A DNA stretch of 64,000 bases, from positions 18,532,024 through 18,596,023 of the forward strand of contig NC_085845.1 of NCBI RefSeq assembly GCF_035594765.1, in the 5' to 3' direction. The first letter of the stretch is position 1. Each line of letters starts with the position of its first letter. Below the pieces are notes generated by a model. The model made no database searches and was not told where the DNA came from. It saw only the letters and a list, made by a program, of their open reading frames with translations. The stretch is from Anolis carolinensis (Eukaryota). Made by a program: the position numbers and the translations under genes. Shown here piece by piece: positions 12,501-25,200 of this stretch.

Positions 12501-15181
12501 TTTTTACAGGACAATAAACGCTTTATCCAAATACAAGGTAATCCAGGTTGCTTGTGGACACGATCACTCAATAGCACTGACAAACGGTAAGAACTGGTTT
12601 TAGTATTTATTTGTTTTGTTTTTGCTAACAGGATTTGCATCACTATAGATGTATATTTCACATGTGAAAATTTCTTTGCTGTCATTGCCATGCTATCTTT
12701 TTTTATTTATTTTTTTGATTCACAAAGTAGTTTGCACTCAGGCCCCTTCCACACAGCTGAATAAAATCCCATGTTATCTGCTTTGAACTGGGATATATGG
12801 CAGTGTGGACTCAGATATTCCAGTTCAAAGCAGAGATTGTGGGTTATTCTGCCTTGATATTCTGGGTTATATGGCTGTGTGGAAGGACCTTCCATTAACT
12901 CAGTGGAGAGAGTTAACAGTGCAAACTACTCTCTCACAATCTCTGAAGATGCCTGCCATAGATGTGGGCAAAATGTCAGGAGAGAATGCTTCTGGAACAT
13001 GGCCATACAGCCCGGAAAACTCACAGCAACCCAGTGATTCTGACAATAAAATAATAATAATATTATAATAACTTTATTTTTGTACCCTGCCACATCTCCC
13101 TGAAATGACTCAGGGCGGCTTACATGGGGCCAAACCCATTACAGTAAACAGAAGATAAAAACACATCAAAGTGAAAGTATAAAATTAGACACATTATTAT
13201 AGTAAAATAAAATGACCATAGTATAATTAAACATAATTTAAAAGACTAGAGTAAAAGTCATAAAGATGAACTGGACCAAAGTGCGCAGAGTGAATATTGT
13301 AAACTCAGGGGGTGAGGTAGATGACTAAAGTGCTACAATCAATAGACTTGGGATGGGGTGGGCCTTGGAGCTATTTCCAACTGATGGGATAAAGTGCATC
13401 AGATATAGAAAGCCTTCGACAACACAGTGCAAACTACTTTCTTGACAGTGGACTACATTTCCCATTGCGTTTAGAGAGCAGGCCAGTGGTGGTGTTGTTT
13501 GAATGGTAAGATAGTATTGTGATGCATCTGGAGAGCATTAAATTGAGGAATGCTGGCTTAAGGGCTTGTATTTACGGCTCTTTCAACAGAGATCAGATGA
13601 GCGGCTTTCAGGCATGCTGTAGTTGTGTATTCCTGCAGGGTCTGGGGCTGGGCTAGATGTCCGTTATGATCCTACCTGGAGGATACAATATATGGTGTAT
13701 GAAGATGTTGCACAAATACAACTAGATCCATGTGAAACATTTTTCTATTCTAATATAGATGGCAGAATTTTTTCATGGGGTCAAAACATCCATGGGCAGC
13801 TGGGACTTGGCAAAGACATCTCATCTCAGGCTTCTCCGCAGCAAGTCTCTGCTCTGGATGGCATCCCTTTGGCTCAGGTGGCAGCAGGCGGAGCGCATAG
13901 CTTTGCCCTGTCCCTTTCTGGCGTTGTGTATGGATGGGGAAGGAACAACGCACATCAGCTGGGACTGAGCCAGGCTAAGCCCAAAGGTAAGGCTGCCTTC
14001 ACATTTTACAAGCCTAGATGAGGTCCTTTTTTCTTCACCTCTAACCTAAAAGCCTTGGCTTTGGAGTGGTCAGACTATATCATGAGGAACTGACTGTTCT
14101 TTCAGGAAACTGCTTTTCTTAGTGTGCTGTTCTACATGTCACCTTTGTTATTAAATGGATATAGAATAGGCTCTTGATATCTGCTTGGATTTTGTTCCAG
14201 GATTCATTATGGATGCTAAATCAGAGGATGCTCAGGTTGCATTATATATAACGGTGTCCTTTATATAAAAAGGCAAAATCAAGATACAGTAGGTTCTCAC
14301 TTATCCAACATTCGCTTATCCAACATTCTGGATTATCCAACACATTTTTAATAGTCAATGTTTTCAATACATCGTGATATTTTGGTGTTAGATTTTCTGA
14401 ATTGAGTGGCAAAGGGCCTTTTTGATAGCCTGTATGGGAAAATGACAGAGATGGCACTTCCTCCTCTCTACATGATGATGGTTGACTTATCCGTAGGTCA
14501 TATGAAAATCCATAACATTGGCACTAAACCTTGCCCTTGACTTTGACATGAGATTGACTTATACATATATATACACACACACATATATATGGTATTATTC
14601 TAATATGTTTTTTCCACAGAACAAATCTTCAAACCATACTCAATAGCTGCTTTGAGGAGCCTTGATGTGGCCTTTGTGAGCTGTGGGGCTGAACACACTG
14701 CTGTGCTCACCCAGGTACAGGCTAAATCACAATTCTTAAGCTGTGCGTCCCAACCCCAGATGGAGTCCACTTAGCTCAATGTTGGGTCATGGAAAAATGG
14801 CAACAGTAAAAGTTTTCTGAATGCTACATGGTGACTGTTTTAGACATTTACACAAATCTGTTAGCAAGAACATGCAGTGTTTACAGTGGACTCTGCAGAA
14901 AATGCTTCAGCTGTACTTCATGAAAAGGAAAAGTGGTCTATTTACCAAGCCTTGCAAATGCTGATTGCTTTTATGCATATTTTATGCATTTTGGCTCTTA
15001 TACATATTTGATATACCTATAAGTTCCACTGGACCATGACCTTACCCTCCATGCAACAGGATATTGCCCAAAGTGGCTCAAAACAGTTTTGGCTCTGTAA
15101 AACGAGCAGCACTTACTGAAAACAGTTGAACATTATGGGTACAAGTAGGAGCCCCCAATGGTGTAGTGGGTTAGCTGCTGC

Positions 15182-15228
<47 letters not shown>

Positions 15229-16188
15229 GCTCCTATTAGCCCCAGCTTCTGCCAACCTAGCAGTTCGAAAACATGCAAATGTGAGTAGATCAATAGGTTC
15301 CGCTCCAGCGGGAAGGTAACGGTGCTCCATGCAGTTATGCCAGCCAAATGACATTGGAGGTGTCTGCGGACAACGTTGGCTCTTCGGCTTAGAAATGGAG
15401 ATGAGCACCAACCCCCAGAGTCAGACATGACTGTACTTAACATCAGGGGAAACCTTTACCTTTTTACCAACCCCCAGAGTCAGACACAACTAGACTCAAA
15501 GTTAGGGGGAAACCTTTACCTTAGAAGTCAGTGCAGATTGGCTCCAGGTTTTTTAAATATATTTAGACGTGTTTTGAAATAGTAACAACAAGGTCACTCA
15601 GTGAGCTTCATGACTGTTGAGACTGTTTGTATAGGTGGATCTGCACATGAACATGATTCTGGTTGTTGCTTGGTGAATACCATGGTGTTATTGTAAGGAA
15701 GAACAAAGGATGAATTAATATACATTTTTAAACTGGAAAAATGGAGTAGAATTTGTCAACAATACCAGTGACAGTAACACAAATTTGGTTTTCTAAAACC
15801 TTGAATAGAATGGCAGTGTGTATACATTTGGAGATGACAGCGCTGGACAACTAGGACGCAATAGTTCTTCTAGTCCAAAGTTTGGTCCCCAGAAAGTTGA
15901 GTGGATTGATGGTCCAGTTTCACTTTTGGCATGTGGCAGGTATGTACCAGAGCCATTAAAGATTCATGGATTGAGTAAAGGAGGGCTTCACCCATCATTC
16001 TGGGTAAGCACTAGCAGTAGCTTTGTTCCTATAGGGCTTGGATAAAGTAATTAATGTAATGTAAGAACCTATTTGTGTTGTGCTGTTCTTTTATATGCTG
16101 TTTACATTGTATTGTTTTGGGCATGGCCCCATGTAAGCCGCCCCGAGTCCCCGTTGGGGAGATGGTGGCGGGGTATAAATAAAGTTTA

Positions 16189-16233
<45 letters not shown>

Positions 16234-19200
16234 TAGATGCAACTTAATCCATTTTGTTAAGCTACCTAATGGAAGATGTTATTAGCAAACATACACCAGG
16301 GACAAATAGTTGATAAGTGGATTACAGTATTGCCAAACTGTGGAAATTTGCTATTACAAGGTGTATTGATGGTCATCAACTTCAAAATTTCATGAAATAC
16401 AAGCTTATCTGTAGCTACCAGTCATGAAAGATATATCCAGTATTAGTGATACCGTACTTCTCAGTTTTGGTTGCTAAGAAGTAAATGTACTATCAATTCT
16501 TTCTACCAAAACACAGTATTCCAACAGGGTGAACAGAAGGCTTCAGCTAACAACGTTACAATATCCCTTTTTCCTTCTTACAACAGCTATCACACTCTTG
16601 TGCGCATCTCTACTTCTGGTCAGCTTTTATCTTTTGGACGTGGACCTTTGCAGCGAAACAGAAGTGGAACAACTCAAAGCAAGCCAGATGGGGGAGGATG
16701 TCTGAATATTAGTGCTCTTGTTTCTCCAAATGGTACCTCTTTTAAAAGTGCAAGTACAGATTGCATTCGGGTCGGGAAGAAATGTTTGAATATTTGTGTC
16801 ATGCTCAAGACTTCAGAAACCACACAGAAAGTGCAATAAAACTTTCCAGGCCAAGGTTGTACAGGTTGAGTAACCCTATCTGAAATGCTAGGGGCCAGGT
16901 GGGTCCCATACTTTGGATTTTTTATTTTTATTTTTGGATTATACAGTCCTCAGATATACAGAATGAGATTTATTGGCGATGGGACCGAAGTCTATACAGA
17001 AAGTTCATTTGTATTTCATATACATTTTATACGGATGGCTTGAAGCTGGTTTTATACACAACATTTAAAATAATTTTGTGAATGAAGCAAAGCTTGTGTT
17101 CATTGAACCATCAAAAAACAAAAACATCATTATCTCAGCTACCTATGGGGACAATTTTGGAATTATAGATAAGGAGCACTCAGCCTGTAATGCTTTAGTG
17201 CATTGCATAGTTTCTTTACTCATAAAAGAAAATACTCATAATAAAGTAATACGAGTAACTTATTTATGAAATAGTTTACACTTCAGCTTTTTTAAAATTT
17301 AGAATTAGGTTTTTCTTTTTTCTTTTTTAAATAAATTTTATTAAAGTTTTGAATAATATATACAGTGAACATATGAGAATAAATGTGTTTATAGGAAAGA
17401 GGGGTGAAAGAGATAGACTAAAGAGGAAGAGAGATAATAAAAAAACCCAAAAAAACCCAGGTAATACTAATAATGACAAAAAGTAAAAATCTATATATAT
17501 AAAATGGTAATGGAATCCCGGCACCGAGCAAAACAACAAAACTACATATCCCACAACCTCAAAATTTGCCAGCACAACCCCTCATCCCTGCCTCTGGGTT
17601 CATACAACTAAAATAAACAACAGGAACCACCACGGGGCCTAAAAACAAAAACGCTCCATGTGCGCCTCCGCCACAACGAACCCCAGGCACGGAGAGAACA
17701 ACCCCCACCCCTTCCCTCAACAGGCGCTCCCGCGCGCTCCCCTCTTCCTGCTCCGAGGCACCGCGACCAAGAAAAACCTCACCCAGCGGCCCTCAACATG
17801 GCACCAGGGAGGAGGGACCAGCAAGGCCTACACAGAGCCCCCCACCGCCGCCCTCCCCCTGGCGAGGCCTGGCCGGGACTGGGGCCGGGGGACGTGGCCA
17901 GGAGAGGGCCGGGAGGCCAGGCCTCCTCCCCGGCCACCCTCCTCCGGGACGACCTCCTCCTCATGGTCATCAGGGAAAGAGAGCAAGGTGGGAGGGAGGG
18001 GCCTTGCCCACGTCGCCCCCTCAAACAGGCACACCGAGGCCACGGAGGGGCGGGGGCCAGAAGGGAAGCAGGAAGAGTTCTCCCTCCATTACTTTCAGTT
18101 TCTCCTCCTCTACACCTCAATTCCAATACAGTAAAGTCTCACTTATCCAACATTCTGGATTATCCAACACAATTTGGTAGTCAATGTTTTAAATATATCG
18201 TGATATTTTGGTGCTACATTTGTAAATACAGTAATTACTACATAGCATTACTGCCTATTGAACTACTTTTTCTGTCAAATTTGTTGTCTAACATGATGTT
18301 TTGGTGCTTAATTTGTAAAATCATAACCTAATTTGATGTTTAATAGGCTTTCCCTTAATCCCTCCTTATTATCCAACATATTTGCTTATCCAACATTCTG
18401 CAGGCCCGTTTATGTTGGATAAGTGAGACTCTACTGTAAAAACCATCACAACCACAACAATAATCATCAACAGCTTCACAGGCAAGAACCACCCAGGCAC
18501 TGAAGCTGCAAGGCCATTCAGTGCTAATCAAGCTCGCCAATGGCAACATTCACACTTGGCCTCCAAACAGATAATACAGTAGAGTCTCACTTAGCCAAGC
18601 TTCACTTATCCAAGCCAGTCTTCCATTTAGTAGTCAATGTTTTCGAATTAAATGTTGCTATGTTTGTGTGCTACATTTGTAAGAACAGTAATTAATACAT
18701 AACATTACTTTATATCATATGTAATAATTACTATGGTCTAATAAGAAAACCGAACAATAGAATCTCTAAAATCAGGACACAAAATACAAAACAACACTCA
18801 AAAGACAGGGACATTCCAAACACGGGAATTCCACACAGGAAACAATCAGGCCCAGCTAACACCTCCCAACAAAGGATTCCCTCAACCAGGAAACAGCCAG
18901 GCCTCGAATCTCCAGGGCCATTCAATACATTCAAAACGTAACTAATTGCAACATTCATACTTCCTGCACTCAGACTATTCATTGCTATTCGACCTGCCCA
19001 ACCAACAATTCCACAAGGTAGAAAGCGGCCAGGCTTCAAAGCACCAACACTATTCACTCCTCTTCAACCTCTCAAACCAATATTTCCCCTACATAAAAAA
19101 CCCTCACATTTGGAAGCCATCACACCACTCCGTCCCATTCAACCAGCCAAAGCAAGGAGGCCCATATATAGAAAGCACCCAGGCTTGGAAGCAGCGAGGC

Positions 19201-22200
19201 GATTCAGTGGAATTCTAAATGGCCACAGCAACGCGTGGCAGGGCACAGCTAGTTACTAAATAAATAAATACAAATGACAAAAACGGGGGGGGGGGGGGAA
19301 GGAAAAAAAGGTATATACATTGACTTCCATCTCTTACACAGTTACTTTAAAAAGTTTTTGATTACTTTTTCTTGTTTCTTTTCTCGCTAGTGTCGGTATC
19401 TTCTTACACTCAATCTGTATTAATAAAACATCTGTTTAAATTAACACCTTCATTTGCTCCTCTTTCAAATAGTTTTTTTTATCAAATCCCAGTTTGTTTG
19501 TTTTTTCGGTCTGCCATGATTTTAATAAATACGTCAACTTATCCATATTCATTATTTCCAACACCTTATTTAACCAGCAGTTTAACTCGGGAGTTTCTTT
19601 CTTTTTACAATATTTGGCATATGTCATTCTTGCTGCCGTGTTAAGATAGTTAAAAAGAATTTCTTAATTTTTTTCTTTTTCAATGTTAAGCATCCCTAAA
19701 AGAAAGTATTTTGGGTCCAGATTTATTTCAGTTTGCAACATCTTTTTAATTTTTTGGTGGATTTCCTTCCAATAATTTTTCGCTTTTTTGCAGGTCCACC
19801 AACAGTGGAAAAAAGTTCCCACTTGGTCATCACATTTCCAACACTTGAAAGAGAATTGGATTAAAATGTTTTACCGATGGTATTTGACCCCCCAAAAATT
19901 ATCAAATTATTACAAAAAACCCTCAAATAAGAATTAGGTTTTTCTTGATGTTCAAAACAGTGAACACATGATTCCATTTCTTGTTATGTGTACACATTTT
20001 TGCCAACAGAAAAGATCTGTGTAACTACAAGATTGCATATTACCTTAAAAGATTAATGAAAAAGGAGTATAATGCAAGAGAAAGGGTGGGGGGAATAATA
20101 CATGGGCCCTTTTATTGAAGGCGATTCCTACACTGATAACTCCAGGAAAATATGGACTCATAATTTCAGAATGACCTGCTTTCCTGTCATTGCAGAATTG
20201 GTGGGCATGCAAGTGAAACAGATTTTTGCTGGAACATATGTCAACTTTGCCACAGTGTTTCACACACAGGTAGACTGTTCATTTATATTGCCTTGAAAAC
20301 ATGTTTATGTAGCACATGCTATTTGTTATAGTGAAGACCTGCTGCATTATAATTATTACAGTTTAAGAGTAGGAATTATCATAAAAAATCCGCCATTTAG
20401 ATTGTACCCTGGAAATGAAATGACACAACAAGAGAGGTGTGAAAATGTGCTTTTCAAAAATTCCGATATCCATCCCACCTAGAACAGACTCCTTAAATTA
20501 ATGGAAACTTCGGTAGGTTTCTTTGAATTAGTAGATATACTGTATTTGGGCTACCAGTTAGATTTAGACTTTGGGTTGCAATTTCATGGGGTTTGCTAAT
20601 TGGGGATTTGGGGCTTTGTAGTACAAAAGGTAACTTTCCCAAGCTGTTCCACAGCCGATAGCCTCCTCCTCTCGTGATATGGAGAAAATGATTCCACATT
20701 GCAAAATGGCTATGTTCGTTGCTCAGAGCATATATTTGGAGTCCTCTAAGTTTGCATCAATACATCCATGTTAATAACATTTTGTGAATATCCCTCAAAT
20801 TAAGATAGAATCATAGAAGCTAGCAGCCGACTAATTGCAGTGTGACCTCTTGAAGATCTTAGGAGCAGCTATTCACTTTTTAAATATTTTGGAGAGCCCC
20901 CTATTGAATTATTCTAAAAATAGCTTTTTTCAAATTACAGGAATGAATTTTCAGGCATATTCATTAGGATGTGGCAGTTTGTTCAGCCTGCAGATGGTCT
21001 TGGGGCAGAATATTGGCACTCAGATTATTTGCAATTGCCAGGCCCATCTTATACTATAAACTAAGGGTTACTGATTCCTATCTTGGAATGTGAGTGCTGT
21101 GAGTTCAGTCTGATGATATCTCAAGGTATGGATGATTCCTTTTAAAAATGATCAGGTGAAAGCTCTTGTATGGCTTTTTCTTTGCGAAGGTTTCTGCATA
21201 TAGGAATGAAACCCTCTCTATGGAACCCTTGCCACGGATTAGCCGGCTGGAGGAAATGCAGATAGACATGTGGCTGTCAGCAACTGCAGAAAGTGAAAAG
21301 CGGCAAAATGCAAAAAGGTTGGTGTTCATACTCTTTGTCTTCTTATAACAGAGGTTTAAGAAAGCAACATGATGGAAAGCTTCCAATATTTCTGTACCAA
21401 ACTCCAGAAGCCCCAGTTTCTGTAGCGAGTAATGAAGGATTGTGGGAGTTACAGTCCAAAATTCCTAAAGGAACAAAGTTCCCAAAAGACCTATAAAACC
21501 ATAATTATTTTTTTCTGTATGATCTCATGTATTAAAAGTACAAACTATTCAGCTTTGAGGGTAGCTGTTCTGTATTTTTATGTTACCCGATATAATCTGT
21601 AACCTTTAAAATACATGTTAAACTGAATTCAGTTGGCCATCTATTTCCATGTGTCCACAAGTTCAACCATCCATGGCTTGAAAATATTTGGAAGAAATCC
21701 CAAAAGGAAACGTTTATTGGGCTATTTTATATAAGGACTCCATTTCACCACCCCGTTGTATATAATGGGACTTTAGCACCCAAGGATATGTGTATCCACT
21801 GGGGGTCCTGGGACCAAACCACAAGCTGGTTTAATACTGATGTGATGCTAATCTTGGAAACTAGCTATTTTGTATAAGGTGGACAAACATTTACCCAGTC
21901 CTTCTCCAGTATAGATAAACAAATAGTTATTTGCAACTAAGTGAAATTATGTTGGCAGTTCTAAAATAATGAGTAACCCAGTCTGGATACAAAAGGATTT
22001 TCAAGTAAACATTTGTACATGCTACTAAGCATTGTGACTTTCTTGAGTGTCTGACATCAACTCCAATGATCTCCCAGCCAATTGTGCCAGGTTTAAGGAG
22101 GCTGGGTGGGATTACTCAGTTTTTCTTCCATCAATTATTACAAGTGTAATGAAAAATATAAGTGTATTTTTTAAACACACAATTTACACTGAAAAGGGGG

Positions 22201-25200
22201 AAGGACGAAATCTCCCAGGTCCATATTGCAAGTATGCTGCTGTGTTCTAATGGATGTTCTTTTTCTTTTCTTTTTAATAGGGAAATAGAAACAATATTTT
22301 CATCTTCTCCTTGTTTAACAGCAAGCTTTTTAAAGCAAGGGTAAGTAGTGTGCTTCCCATGGTACAGAAATTGGGGGGGGGGGGGGGGATGAAATGCCTA
22401 GAACAGCTTAGACAGATTGAAAGTATTTCCTTTCCCTCATAAAACTTCAGGAAGGTAATTATTTTTCTCCTTCTAGATCTCCTTTTAAAAGTGGTTGTTG
22501 TGTAGCAATCAATTTAGAAAAGGCAAAAAAGATATTTGAGAACCTTGCAACTAGAGACTGGATAGCTGGAAGGGTAAGAAAGATTTCTCTTTGTTCTTAA
22601 CAACTTTTTAATTCATTGATCTTTGTTGGTTAGTGTGTTGAAGAGATAAATACTTATGGATAACTAGTTCTCCAGCTAGCTTTCCCCCCCAATAATAAAG
22701 GGTTAACTACATTATATGCTCAGTCTTCCAAATTTTCTGGAGTTAAGGGAGTGGGACTCTCCTGAAAAGGAAGAACTGCAAAAAATAAAATTGCTTTATT
22801 TTAACCTCAGAGATCACTCCTTTAGGATCTCCAGCATGACTATCATCAACTTTCACTGGATGTTCCCTATAGAATTGCACTACAGGACCTAAAACTTCCT
22901 AGAGGGTGTTCTCGCTCTCTAGGTCCTCCAGCATGATTTTATGATCAACTTCCAGTGGAAGTTAACCACTGGATGATTTAGGGATTTTTGAGAAAACACT
23001 TTCATCAGATCTGTAAAGGTCAAAATTTGCAAATGTGGAGGACCAACTGTATCACAGTTATGGCTTACTAAGTGATTGCTGCAGTACTCTTGCACTGTAA
23101 CTTTGTAGATACTCTTATAGGTGCAGGGTTGAAGTTGTATTATACAAAAGAGGGGAATATCATATGGTTTTGTGTTGCTACCTTATTCTCTGCCACAGAA
23201 GTGTGTTCTATACCACCTGCTTCAAAAGCCCCAAATCACTTTTAAAATTTCAGGAAGAAAAGTATGTTTTTAGTTGTATTTCATCCCATTCTTTTTTAAA
23301 AATAAATAATAATTTGCCAAGAAAGTTGCAGGACTGACTCCTAGACAAGATAAGTCTTCTGATGCAGTTCTGTTCCATTTTGTGCATTGGTTCCAGACTT
23401 TGGAAAAGCTTAAGTATGGACTGGACCCCTTAAACACCTCTTAACTAGTGTAACCAGCATAATTTCTAAGACTTGGGATCCAAAATAAGAATTTTATTTA
23501 TGTATTTATAGTTTATATTTTGATTTTCCCATTGCATAGGACTTGAGGTGGCCGACATTCCATTTAAAGTAGGGTTTTAAAAATGGAGTCAACATTTTCC
23601 ACAGTCAAGAGCAATGCTTCCTGGACACTAGTTCTCCGCATGTTTTGGACTTCTGGAAGCCTTAGATGCCTTGGCCACTGAACAGTAATTATGGGAGCTG
23701 ACGTTGAAAACTCTGGAAGACTACAGTTTGGGAAACACTGGTCTAGAACTAATGCATAGCATGAAACAGAATGATAGCCATGCAGGGTGGGAGATTCTGG
23801 GAATTACAGTCCAAAAATGCTTTTCCAACCTTAGTCGAATGTAAAAAAAAAAAAATAGTATGTATGTATTTTTGTTGTGTTCTATGCTCAACTAAACATA
23901 CTGTTTTTAAAAATGGCTGTAGATTTCTTTCTGTCTGTTGAACTACCTGATTCCAGCCCTTCCGCTGAATTCTCCTCACCAAGAAGCCCTTTCAATCTTC
24001 CTGCTGCTGCCTGAGTGTTCTGCAGCCCTTGAAGCCCAGAAAATGCAATCTTTGGCTCTGCCCTTTGCAAAAGCAGTTCTAGGCTTAAGCAAGCGCTCTT
24101 CCGAAATTTTAGGTAAGTGTGGAAAGAAGGAGGAAGTGCAAAGCAAACAATGTATTCCAATTTCTTTGCCTTTACACGTGTTGATTAAGGTAATGAAATC
24201 CTAAATTTCCAAAGAGTTTCTGGATCAGGCTAAGGCATTGGATTAGAATAGGGAGAAAAAAGCACTAAGAAAAACAAACATTTTTCCTGAGTTCTTGTTC
24301 CATGTGTCTGAAAATATCAACAGCAATGTTTTTATATTTTTGTTTTTTTTTCCAAAAAGTGAAATTTTTTTTTTTACAGAAAACTATTGGTCTTTGCTGC
24401 CAGCGTCATCTTTCGACCAAATAGTTCAGATGCTTAGCAGAGCTGTGAAATCTCAGCTGTCCTATTACAATTTCTACCCACAATGCCAAGAAGTTATTCC
24501 ACTCCTTGAAGTACTTAAAAAATTGTACAAGGTAAGTGTGGTTGGGATCTTGTCTGTGTTAAATTAGACTGAGCCATTGCTGTTTATAAACCTGAATATT
24601 TGTTGCTCTTCAAGGTAAACAAGAAGGCAGACTACAAACTCCAGATAAGAAACTTCTACATCGATGATATCAATAAAATAATTAATACCTTTTTAGACTT
24701 AGGAAGGTGGCATACACGCAAGACACACCCAGTAAGTATTATTGCTTTGTTTTTTCTCCAGTCTTAGAATTAAATGAGAACAGTGAAGTTTAGGTAATTT
24801 GTACAAAATTAATAACCTTCAGAAACACACAGTTGGTTTTGCAGATCAAATTGCTTTAGTTAAAAAATCTTTGGGAGAAGTATTTGAAAAGATCTATGAC
24901 AGTTTGGAAAGTAGATAAGAGCAGGACTGAATAAGAATTAGGCAACTTGTGGCCTTGCAGATGTTGCTGGACTGCAACTTACATCATCCTTCACCACTGG
25001 CAAGATTGACTAGGAATGGATTGATGGGATATGGATGATGGGATATGCCACATTCTTGCATTCCTTTCTTCATTGCATACAAATATTCACAACTAATTTA
25101 TGTTGATTTCTTAATGAATACGCATAATAAGAGTGGTCTTCAATGATGTTTGTCATGACCAATCAACAGAGCTTTTGTGTAAATACACAAGGTTATACAT

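Larger units (their letters stand above)
17318..19929 (-). mobile_element. 5'-truncated, 5'-inverted L1 insertion with 17-bp TSD (hosts a Helitron)
   Basis: TSD AGAATTAGGTTTTTCTT at 17301-17317 and 19930-19946; T-rich tail at left; ORF2 C-terminal [14 protein letters not shown] on minus; inverted piece [15 protein letters not shown] on plus. Confidence 0.85.

Noticed and set aside
17658-18331. Overlapping 158-223 aa ORFs
   Set aside because: Products of a GC-rich, stop-poor block inside a Helitron; low-complexity translations with no recognisable domain
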